DNA from: Lentisphaerota bacterium
Lineage (GTDB): Bacteria > Verrucomicrobiota > Kiritimatiellia > RFP12 > UBA3636
Length of the DNA: 27,936 nt
Assembly (NCBI GenBank): GCA_012514445.1
Contig: JAAZAI010000037.1
Span: forward strand, 1-27,936
Direction: 5' to 3'
In this document: one piece after another, positions 17,918-25,252 of the stretch
How the letters are laid out: every line of letters starts with the position of its first letter
Position numbering within the stretch: position 1 is the stretch's first letter
Notes under the pieces: model-generated
Database searches by the model: none
Told to the model about the DNA's origin: nothing
Seen by the model: the letters and a program-made list of their open reading frames with translations, nothing else
Translations under genes and position numbers: made by a program

Positions 17918-18772
17918 ATGGAGGCGAAGCATATCAAAGCCGTTGTCACGGTTCTTTTGGCGCTTGTGGCTTCGATCGCGTTGCGGGCTGAAGATCTCGT
18001 CGGATACCGGGTCTCGACCGATTGCGTCCAGGATTGGAACGTGCTGATCAACGGCAATCTTGTCGTTCGGCATCGTCCGACCGGTTTCGGCCGTTGCTTC
18101 TACAGCGGCAACCTCAACCGCATCGTCTCGGGAGGCACGAACACCGCCGAGCTGGTGAGCGTGCCCGGGCAGAATCCGGGGCACGAACCCGAGCCGGGCG
18201 GTTGTATGAGGCTCGAAATACGCTTCCTAGGAGATTATCGGGGAGAGAGCGAGTACGAACAGTTGGACACGCTGTTGAAATTCAACGGTTCCGTGAGCAC
18301 GAATCTTCTGTTCGTCGTGGGGCGGACGGTTCCCCCGATTGTCGGCGGGGCCGTCGCGCCGCAAGAGTCAATCGGCATCTCCACAGGACGGCTCGTCTCG
18401 ATCGGTTTCCTCCTGTACGCGCTGTTCATCAATCTCTACGGCTTTTTCATGGTCGTGAACGACCGCGCCGCCACGAAACGCCTTCGACCCCGACTTTCGT
18501 CTTCCGCCTTTTTGTGGAACGCGATCCTGGGCGGCGGCATCGGCCAGTTGATCGCCATGGTGATCAAACGGCACAACACGGACAAACCGGTCTTCACCGT
18601 CGGCATCCCGGCGCTGGTGCTGCTCCAGATCGCCATCGTCATCGTCATCGCCGCCCGTGGCTTCGATCTGGTGCCGGGCATCGCGGAGCCCGTTCGGCGC
18701 ATCGGCGCGTCGATCAAGGGGTTCGGCGACGGTTGGGCGAAGTTCGGCCGCACGCTGAAACGCTCTGAATGA
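17918..18772 (+). CDS. Signal peptide, unknown extracytoplasmic domain and C-terminal DUF1294 membrane domain
   Basis: SD GGAGGAG before ATG 17918. C-terminus INLYGFFMVVNDR..LGGGIGQLIAM..RHNTDK matches the DUF1294 pattern (INL..F..DK..GG..G..RHKT.K). Confidence 0.7.
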   Translation: MEAKHIKAVVTVLLALVASIALRAEDLVGYRVSTDCVQDWNVLINGNLVVRHRPTGFGRCFYSGNLNRIVSGGTNTAELVSVPGQNPGHEPEPGGCMRLEIRFLGDYRGESEYEQLDTLLKFNGSVSTNLLFVVGRTVPPIVGGAVAPQESIGISTGRLVSIGFLLYALFINLYGFFMVVNDRAATKRLRPRLSSSAFLWNAILGGGIGQLIAMVIKRHNTDKPVFTVGIPALVLLQIAIVIVIAARGFDLVPGIAEPVRRIGASIKGFGDGWAKFGRTLKRSE

Positions 18773-20052
18773 AGGCGGACTCGAACCTTGTCGACGTTCT
18801 CGTTGTCGGCGGTGGCGTCGCGGGTGTCTGCGCTGCGATCCAGGCCGGGAAGGCCGGCGCGCGCACGATGCTTGTGGAGAAGTCCTCTCGTCTCGGCGGG
18901 ACCTTGACCAATGGCGGCATCGCCAAGCCCGGGCTCTTTCACGCCTGGGGACGGCAGGTCATCGACGGCATCGGCTGGAGCCTCGTGGCGAAGACGCTCG
19001 ACGAAGGCGGCGGCAGGATGCCCGACTTCGCCAACCTCTCGTTGCCGCACTGGGCGCACCAGCCCGACATCAGCGGGCCGCTGTTCGCGGCGCTTTGCGA
19101 CGAAGCCGTTGTCGCGGCCGGCGTCGACCTGCGGCTCCACACGATGGTCGCCGGCATGCAACGCGCACGCGGCGCCTGGCGCGTCGGGCTCTGCGGGAAG
19201 GAGGGCCTCGGCGAGATCCGGGCATCGATCGTCGTCGACTGCACGGGCGATGCGAACGTCGCGGCGCTCGCGGGCGCGAAGCTGCGCACGCCCGCCGTCT
19301 GCCAGCCCGCCACGTTGAGCTTCCGCCTCGGCGGCTACGATCTGGCGGACCTCGACGAGGCGGCGCTCAACGCCGCCTACCGCGAGGCCGTGAAGTCGGG
19401 CGTCCTGCAGGCGGAGGACGCCTGCTGGCACATCGAAAACCCCACGGTGGCCGGGCTGCTGCGCCAGCGCGGCAGCAACGCGAACCACATCGTGGCGGAC
19501 GCCTCCGCGCGCACCAGCGTCGGTCGAACGAAACTCGAGGTGGCGGGGCGCGCCTCGGTGCGCCGGCTCGTGCGCTGGCTGAGAACACAGCCAGGGCTCG
19601 GAAACGCCCAGGTCGAGTGCGTCTGCCCCGAGATCGGTGTGCGCGAAACTGCGACGGTCGTGGGGCTCGAGACGATCACCGGGGAGGACTACGTGTCCGG
19701 GCGCATCTGGCCGGAGGCCGTCTGTCACGCCTTCTATCCCGTCGACATCCACGGTCTGGACACCGCCACGTGGAAGCAGACCTTCCTCGCGCCGGGCAGT
19801 GTCCCCACCGTGCCACGCGGCGCGCTGGTGGCGATGGGGCGCCCGGGGCTGCTGATGGCCGGGCGCATCCTTTCGAGCGACCGCGCCGCGAACAGCGCGC
19901 TGCGCGTTCAGGCGACGTGCATGGCCACGGGGCAGGCGGCGGGCGCGCTCGCCGCGCTGGCGGTCAAGCGGGGCCTCGATCCCGCGGTCGTGCCGATGCG
20001 GGACTTGCGCGCGTTGCTGCGCCGTCATGGCGCAATCGTGCCGACCCGGTAG
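18769..20052 (+). CDS. FAD-dependent oxidoreductase (FAD_oxidored family)
   Basis: DVLVVGGGVAGVCAAIQA..LVEK..LGG, VDCTGDANVA, GVRET, RVQATCMATGQAAG. ATGA overlap with the upstream gene. Confidence 0.9.
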   Translation: MKADSNLVDVLVVGGGVAGVCAAIQAGKAGARTMLVEKSSRLGGTLTNGGIAKPGLFHAWGRQVIDGIGWSLVAKTLDEGGGRMPDFANLSLPHWAHQPDISGPLFAALCDEAVVAAGVDLRLHTMVAGMQRARGAWRVGLCGKEGLGEIRASIVVDCTGDANVAALAGAKLRTPAVCQPATLSFRLGGYDLADLDEAALNAAYREAVKSGVLQAEDACWHIENPTVAGLLRQRGSNANHIVADASARTSVGRTKLEVAGRASVRRLVRWLRTQPGLGNAQVECVCPEIGVRETATVVGLETITGEDYVSGRIWPEAVCHAFYPVDIHGLDTATWKQTFLAPGSVPTVPRGALVAMGRPGLLMAGRILSSDRAANSALRVQATCMATGQAAGALAALAVKRGLDPAVVPMRDLRALLRRHGAIVPTR

Positions 20053-20097
20053 CGGGGTTCTGTGCTCAGGAAACAGTGTTCAGGAAAATTTTGGAAT

Positions 20098-21561
20098 ATG
20101 ACAGCAAAAGGATGGATGGCGATGACGACGTTGGCAGCGGCTTGCTGGACGGCAAAGGGTGAAGGCTGGAGGACTTACGAGCAGACTTTGACGCTGACTT
20201 TCGAGAGCGAGGCGCAGGCGCGGGACGCCGCGGTGACGGCGCTGCCGCTGCCGGTCGGCAAGAAGGTCGCGTTCTCGACCCGCTGGGACGACAGTTCGCC
20301 CGAGGCCGTGGCCGTGGCCAAGGCCGCCGTGCTCGCCGAATACGGCTACAAGGGCACGTTCTTCCTGAACAAGGTGGATCCGGCGTATGGCGAGAACGTC
20401 ATCCGCAAGTTTCTCGCGAAAGGCTGCTCCGCCGGCGCGCACACGGCCACGCATCCGTTCCTGCCCAGGATCGACCACAACGCGATGTTCCAGGAGGTCC
20501 TCGCCAACCGCATCGCCATCGAATCGTGCGGCGACACGTGCGTCTCGACCTTTACGCTGCCGTACCGCGCCTTCACCTCCGAGACTGATCCGGACCGGCC
20601 CCGCGCCATCGGCGAATGTCTCGTCCGGGCGGGCTTGAACGGGGGCCCCGAGCACTTCGCGGACTCCGCCACGAAGTTCGGACGCAGTCCGCGGGAATGG
20701 ATCGGCGCGCTCGAGTTTTCGATCGACGACCGGAATCCGCAGCTCGACAAGTTCGAGGCGAACATCGCTCGGGGACTGAAGGCCATCGCCGGGAATTCAC
20801 TGGAATGCGGTCCGCACCTTGCGCTCGGCACGCACAACTGGCAGCCCGATCTGAAGGCGTTCGGCGAGATCATCGGGACCCAGGCGAACCATCCGGACTG
20901 GTGGTATTGCAACGCCAACGAATACGTGGCATATCGGCTCCAGATGTTCAACACGGCCATCGTGAAGAAAGGCTCCTCCGGCAAGACCGCCATTTTCGCC
21001 ATCGCGCGCCCGGAGCCCTTCGAACTGGGCGACTGCGTGCCGTTGGCGCTGCGCGCCTCCGCCGGAGCGCGCGGGGCGGTCGTCGACGGCCAGACGCTGA
21101 CGCTCGACGCCGCCCGCGATTTCACGCTCCCGCATGCGGCCGCTCGCCAGCTCCCCGACAGGATCGGGGCCGTCCATAACGAGGACAATGCGGAAGGCGA
21201 GGGCGCCCTGAAGGCGGATTCCACGCTCCCCGCGCTCCAGGCCGCGCTGCACGTCGACCTCGCGCGAAACGCGCTGGACCTCCAGATCAAAAACGTCTCG
21301 CAGGAATCGCTCGGTCCCCTGCATCTGACGTTCCGTCTCCCGCTGAAATGGAAACGGGGCGTCGTGAAAGGGGATCTCGCGAGCCTCAAACCCGGCGAGA
21401 TCAGGAAAATTCCGCTCGCCTTGGGCGATGTCGAGACGGATGCGCGCTACGAAGCCGGCACGTACTACTTTGCCGCGCAATGCGACTACGGCGATGCCGC
21501 GGGCGCCGCGCGGTTGCACGCCACCGCGTCGGTCGCGGCGCAGGTCCGCACGATTGAGTAG
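20098..21561 (+). CDS. Exported polysaccharide deacetylase (CE4/NodB-like) with C-terminal beta domain
   Basis: Signal-like N-terminus, motif 1 variant TRWDDS, YKGTFFL, metal-binding HTATH, LGTH. Confidence 0.7.
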   Translation: MTAKGWMAMTTLAAACWTAKGEGWRTYEQTLTLTFESEAQARDAAVTALPLPVGKKVAFSTRWDDSSPEAVAVAKAAVLAEYGYKGTFFLNKVDPAYGENVIRKFLAKGCSAGAHTATHPFLPRIDHNAMFQEVLANRIAIESCGDTCVSTFTLPYRAFTSETDPDRPRAIGECLVRAGLNGGPEHFADSATKFGRSPREWIGALEFSIDDRNPQLDKFEANIARGLKAIAGNSLECGPHLALGTHNWQPDLKAFGEIIGTQANHPDWWYCNANEYVAYRLQMFNTAIVKKGSSGKTAIFAIARPEPFELGDCVPLALRASAGARGAVVDGQTLTLDAARDFTLPHAAARQLPDRIGAVHNEDNAEGEGALKADSTLPALQAALHVDLARNALDLQIKNVSQESLGPLHLTFRLPLKWKRGVVKGDLASLKPGEIRKIPLALGDVETDARYEAGTYYFAAQCDYGDAAGAARLHATASVAAQVRTIE

Positions 21562-21601
21562 GACAATCCAAGGTCTGAAAAGGCCCGAACAAAGGAACGA
21601 T

Positions 21602-22480
21602 ATGAAGAAGTGGATGTATGGAATATCGGCGGCCGCGGCCGCAATGGTGGTCGTCGGATGTGCGCATGTGCAGTCGCCGGAGGCGAAGAAGCCGGCCGGG
21701 CCGCTCAAGGTGCTGGCCGTGGGCAACAGTTTCTCCAACAACGCCACCCGGCAGCTCCCGGCGCTGGCCACCGCCGCAGGCAAGGACTTGAAGGTCGTCC
21801 GGGCGTCGATCGGCGGGTGCGACTTCGAACGACATGTGCGCCATGCGGAGGCGTATGCGGCCGATCCGGAATCGAAGGAAGGCCGGCCCTATGGCGGCAA
21901 GAGCCTGCAGGAGATGCTCAAGAGCGATGTCTGGGACGTGGTGACGATCCAGCAGGTGAGCCACAAGAGCTTCAAGCCCGAGACCTTCCATCCGCATGCG
22001 GACAAGCTGATCGCCATCATCCGCGACCACGCGCCCCAGGCGGAGATCGTCGTCCACCAGACCTGGGCCTACCGCGACGACCACAAGTTCTGGGGCAATA
22101 CGAACTTCAACACCGACGTCATGTACGCGGGACTCCGCAAGACCTACGACGACTTCGCGCGGGAAGCCGGATTCCGGCTGATTCCCAGCGGGGACGCCAT
22201 GGAGGCGGCCCGGCGCGATGCCGAGTGGGGGCCTTACTTCGCCGGCGAACCGCCCATGGCCCGCGCCGAGAAGGCGTTGCACGTCAACGACGCCTATCAC
22301 GCGAACGTGAAGGGCGAATACCTCCAGGGCTGCGTCTGGCTCGCCTTCCTCTTCAACGAGAAGACGTCCGGCAACACCTTCGTCCCCGAGGGCATGACGG
22401 CGGACGAAGCGGCCATCCTCCAGCGCATCGCCGACGAGGTCGTGATCGGGGGCGGTCGCCCCGAGCCGAAGACGAAGTAG
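21602..22480 (+). CDS. DUF4886/SGNH-like lipoprotein
   Basis: Lipobox VVGC, KVLAVGNSFS, IGGC, WDVVTIQQVSH, HQTWAY, YHAN. Confidence 0.7.
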   Translation: MKKWMYGISAAAAAMVVVGCAHVQSPEAKKPAGPLKVLAVGNSFSNNATRQLPALATAAGKDLKVVRASIGGCDFERHVRHAEAYAADPESKEGRPYGGKSLQEMLKSDVWDVVTIQQVSHKSFKPETFHPHADKLIAIIRDHAPQAEIVVHQTWAYRDDHKFWGNTNFNTDVMYAGLRKTYDDFAREAGFRLIPSGDAMEAARRDAEWGPYFAGEPPMARAEKALHVNDAYHANVKGEYLQGCVWLAFLFNEKTSGNTFVPEGMTADEAAILQRIADEVVIGGGRPEPKTK

Positions 22481-22511
22481 AGCGACCTGCTGGAAAGCTG
22501 AGGCGATCGCA

Positions 22512-22570
22512 TCGCCACGTCGCGGATCAGGTGCGGCTATTTGCCGTCGCCCTCATCTGGCTTGTTCTGC
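22512..22570 (-). mobile_element. Integron attC-like site 1 (59 bp, R' altered)
   Basis: GCAGAAC (R'') AAGCC AGATGAGG (L'') GCGACGGC-AAATA-GCCGCA CCTGATC (L') CGCGAC GTGGCGA (R'; GTG instead of GTT). Confidence 0.7.
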
Positions 22571-22882
22571 GATCTTGGTTCACCTTTCAGATATCCTAAT
22601 GAGGCGAGGAAGCGATCCATTTCGATTACCGTCTTGGTGTAGTTCTCATTGACTTGGGTCTCCGCCATTCCAGCCTCCGCCGAAAAAGAAGACGATGGCC
22701 GGGCGGTTGTCGGATTGCCTGTGTTCCTTGGAGTCGAAGATGTGAAGCATGAGCTTCGTCTCGCCAATCGTTTTGTACACCACGGACTGGTCTGGCGCGA
22801 TGCCCTTGACTTCCTGCGAAGATGCCGATGTTGCGCAGACGGACGCACACGTTGTAAGGGCAAGATATCTGATTGTGTCCAC
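22537..22882 (-). pseudogene. Alpha/beta hydrolase (esterase) with internal deletion and frameshift
   Basis: Signal peptide plus PDQSVVYKTIG..RPAIVFFFGGGWNGGDPSQ* is joined out of frame at about 22648 to the typical C-terminus ENYTKTVIEMDRFLASLGYLKGEP. The GxSxG core is absent. Confidence 0.8.
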
Positions 22883-22948
22883 TTGATCCGTCAAGTTCTT
22901 CTCGATCACAGCGCCGACCTTCGGCAAGTCATTCTGAAGGCGGTTCGG

Positions 22949-22978
22949 ACTATAGGCCAGCCTTCCCATCCTCGTCAA
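22949..22978 (-). promoter_or_regulatory. sigma70-type promoter inside the hydrolase cassette
   Basis: TTGACG-N18-TATAGT, ending 66 nt upstream of the GTG start. Confidence 0.6.
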
Positions 22979-23103
22979 CAAGAAAGCTTAAAAATCCGCG
23001 GAACTGCGGAACCACAAGCGCCTCGTCGCCCCCATCGCCGCCGAGCCGGACTGCGAGAAGCAGCGCATGCGGTGGGAGAGTCTGGAGGGCCGGAAGTCGG
23101 AGA

Positions 23104-23160
23104 GGGAAGCGTTGGGTGCGGGCGCCGCTCTCAGCGGTAGCCTGTAACGCCGTGTTTGCC
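23104..23160 (-). mobile_element. Integron attC-like site 2 (57 bp, R' altered)
   Basis: GGCAAAC (R'') ACGGC GTTACAGG (L'') CTACCGCT-GAG-AGCGGCG CCCGCAC (L') CCAAC GCTTCCC (R'; GCT instead of GTT). Starts at the stop codon of the DUF6429 gene. Confidence 0.7.
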
Positions 23161-23411
23161 TAATTCTTGACTTCCATCCCGAAATGTTTCAGAAAAAGGG
23201 CTTCGGCTTTTTGAAACCTGTCTTCAGATAGGCATAAAGACTTAGTTTTTCCTTTTGGATCAGAAATAAGACCTTTTTCATGCAATCGATCCATGGTGTC
23301 CCAATCGAACGATTTCCAAGCCCGCGCTCCATATCCTTTTTCTCTGTGACAGACGACGAGATAAAGAAGAGCCAAGGTCATTTCGTCTACTTTGTCTTTG
23401 TCGAATTCCAT
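23160..23411 (-). CDS. DUF6429 family protein (cassette gene)
   Basis: MEFDKDKVDEMTLALLYL..RAWKSFDWDTMDRLHEKGLISDPKGKTKS matches the DUF6429 pattern. SD GAGGAG 8 nt before ATG 23411. AT-rich. Confidence 0.85.
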   Translation of the reverse strand: MEFDKDKVDEMTLALLYLVVCHREKGYGARAWKSFDWDTMDRLHEKGLISDPKGKTKSLCLSEDRFQKAEALFLKHFGMEVKN

Positions 23412-23451
23412 GTTCATGTCTCCTCAAAGGGCGAACAGGGTCTTGTGCTCC

Positions 23452-23682
23452 TCAGTCTTTCCTCAAGAACTCGGATTCCACCCTGATGTCGTTTCCGATC
23501 CCTCCAAACATGGGATCAATCAGTTCAGTCACATCGAGCACGCACAGACCGTTCCCATCGATCTCGGTCACGCGAAAGCGCTTGCCCAGGCAAGCACGGA
23601 TAACAGACCGCGAATCGGACGGCATGCTACTGACCCACTCAGGCATGCGGGTGAACGTTACGATATCTCCTGCCTTAATCAT
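23452..23682 (-). CDS. Small hypothetical protein, 76 aa, cassette-like
   Basis: MIKAGDIVTFTRMPEW..CLGKRFRVTEIDGNG..IRVESEFL: compact SH3-like beta pattern, AT-rich, co-oriented with the cassette genes. Confidence 0.65.
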   Translation of the reverse strand: MIKAGDIVTFTRMPEWVSSMPSDSRSVIRACLGKRFRVTEIDGNGLCVLDVTELIDPMFGGIGNDIRVESEFLRKD

Positions 23683-23850
23683 CTTCCGGTACAACCGTGG
23701 TCTTGAGCCTTCTTTGCACAATGGCTCCCTTGAGTAAAACGATCGTGAGTGTAGACTTCATCCCAGATCCAGTCAAGTCCAGAAAACATCTATTCAGTAT
23801 TGGGTCAGTCGCCGGGATGAGATCAGAGTCGGGGACGGGATTCCCCCATT

Positions 23851-23884
23851 GTTGTAATCTGGAAATCCTGTTCAAGATTATAAT
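23851..23884. repeat. 34-bp imperfect palindrome, copy 1
   Basis: GTTGTAATCTGGA-aatcctgt-TCAAGATTATAAT. Confidence 0.8.
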
Positions 23885-23986
23885 AAATGCTCGACGTAAT
23901 CGGTCTGTCGCCGGGGGTGGGCAGGTTCTCGCGAGGGTTCCGGAAACAAGACCCGGCCGCCACTTTGCACGGCGGTGTGCAGGGCG

Positions 23987-24051
23987 CTGGGACCGCGAGG
24001 CTCCGCACTCGCATTTTTCTACACGGCGGGTGCAGAGCCCCGCGTTCCCAG
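23987..24051. repeat. REP-like inverted doublet
   Basis: 26-bp arms 23987-24012 and 24026-24051 are reverse complements at 22/26 positions, with a 13-nt spacer. Confidence 0.75.
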
Positions 24052-24137
24052 GGGGCTCGACCTCGGCGGCTTCTTTCTCGGGGTGCTGTAGCCTCGCTCA
24101 GAGCGCGGCGCGAGTGACGTCGACGACACGCACGGCG

Positions 24138-24175
24138 GTTGTAATCTTGTCTCGAAGCATGTTCAAAATTATAAT
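24138..24175. repeat. 38-bp imperfect palindrome, copy 2, overlapping a promoter
   Basis: GTTGTAATCTTGT-ctcgaagcatgt-TCAAAATTATAAT. Confidence 0.8.
24147..24175 (+). promoter_or_regulatory. sigma70-type promoter facing the metallophosphoesterase gene
   Basis: TTGTCT-N17-TATAAT. Confidence 0.55.
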
Positions 24176-24357
24176 CCGGTGCGGCGGTGGCACTCGCGTG
24201 GTTCCTGTAATCTTGTCGAAATCGTGGAGATCTCCCGGTCGACATCGCGCCAGGATGCCGACACCGGCGACCGATTACTGCGCGCGCTTCCATTCTGGAC
24301 GGAACGCGGATTGAAATGGTATTGTTGAGTCGTTCTTTCCCTTCGAGGCTTCGATTC

Positions 24358-25251
24358 ATGATGAACAGACATGTCCTCTTGCTCGCGGCGTCCGCCGCGA
24401 TGTTCATGGGTTGCACGGGGCCGCGCGTCGGCGGCGATGGCGTCGGGCCGATCACGTTCGTGCAGATCTCGGATTCGCATTACGGAAATCCGCTTCACGC
24501 CTACCGCTTCCGCCAGGCCGCCGAGAAGATCAACGCGCTGCCTTTCGACGTGGCCGTCGTCGTGCATACCGGCGACTTCGCTTCGGACAACCTCCACATC
24601 GAGACGACCGGAGCCGGCGTGTCGAACCTGCTGTCGCTCATCGAGAAGCCGCTGCTCTGCGTGCCGGGGAATCACGATCTGCTCGCGAAGGGCGTCAACG
24701 CCGAGGCGCGGCTGGCGAAGTGCGTCGACGTCTATACGCGCTACATCGGCCCGCTGGGATCGGTCTACGAGACGAACGGCGTCGTGTTCATCACCGTCTA
24801 CACCGAACCCCTCCGGGAGCAGTCCCCTTCGGTCGCCGTGGCGGGCTTCGATCCGCTCTCCTGGCTCGAAGCTCAACTGGCGAAGGCCGGCGGCAAGCCG
24901 GTGTTCGTCTTCACCCACACGCCCGACGGCGAGGACTTCTACAACAACGAAGTCCACCCCGGGTGGCCGGAGCCGAACCGGAGCGCCTGGCGCCGCGCGC
25001 TGGCAGGGGGCAACGTCAAGGCGATCATCGCCGGGCACTACCACCGCGACGAATTGCAGCAGGACGAAGACGGCATTCCGCTTCACGTGGGCAACGCCAT
25101 CGCGGACTTCTGGGGCCGCCAGGCCTCCTTCCGCATCTACACCTACGAAGACGGCCGGCTGTCATTCCGGACCGTCTACATCGACGATCCCCCGCGGGAG
25201 ATCAATCTCAACCCCGACGGCATGATGGGGCCGCCCACGGTCGCCGAGTAG
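24358..25251 (+). CDS. Calcineurin-like metallophosphoesterase lipoprotein
   Basis: Lipobox FMGC, motifs SDSH, HTGD, PGNHD, FTH, GHYH. Confidence 0.88.
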   Translation: MMNRHVLLLAASAAMFMGCTGPRVGGDGVGPITFVQISDSHYGNPLHAYRFRQAAEKINALPFDVAVVVHTGDFASDNLHIETTGAGVSNLLSLIEKPLLCVPGNHDLLAKGVNAEARLAKCVDVYTRYIGPLGSVYETNGVVFITVYTEPLREQSPSVAVAGFDPLSWLEAQLAKAGGKPVFVFTHTPDGEDFYNNEVHPGWPEPNRSAWRRALAGGNVKAIIAGHYHRDELQQDEDGIPLHVGNAIADFWGRQASFRIYTYEDGRLSFRTVYIDDPPREINLNPDGMMGPPTVAE

Positions 25252-25252
25252 A

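Noticed and set aside
23679-23789. 36-aa minus-strand ORF MFSGLDWIWDEVY... overlapping the 76-aa gene start by ATGA
   Set aside because: No SD, too short and no recognisable family. It may be a truncated gene tail but cannot be supported.
23869-23884. Verrucomicrobial LexA box (TGTTC-N4-GAACA)
   Set aside because: Only the TGTTC half is present, in both palindromes.
24077-24110. TPP riboswitch-like start CTCGGGGTGC
   Set aside because: Lacks the CTGAGA and ACCTGA..GTAGGGA cores, and no thiamine gene is nearby.
23851-24175. CRISPR array from the GTTGTA...TATAAT repeats
   Set aside because: Only two full copies of unequal length, about 250 bp apart, and no cas genes.
23697-24455. Integrase or transposase remnant in ORFs 23697-24314, 23823-24455 and 23887-24117
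   Set aside because: No tyrosine-recombinase (R..H-x-x-R..Y), HUH or DDE motifs in the translations.
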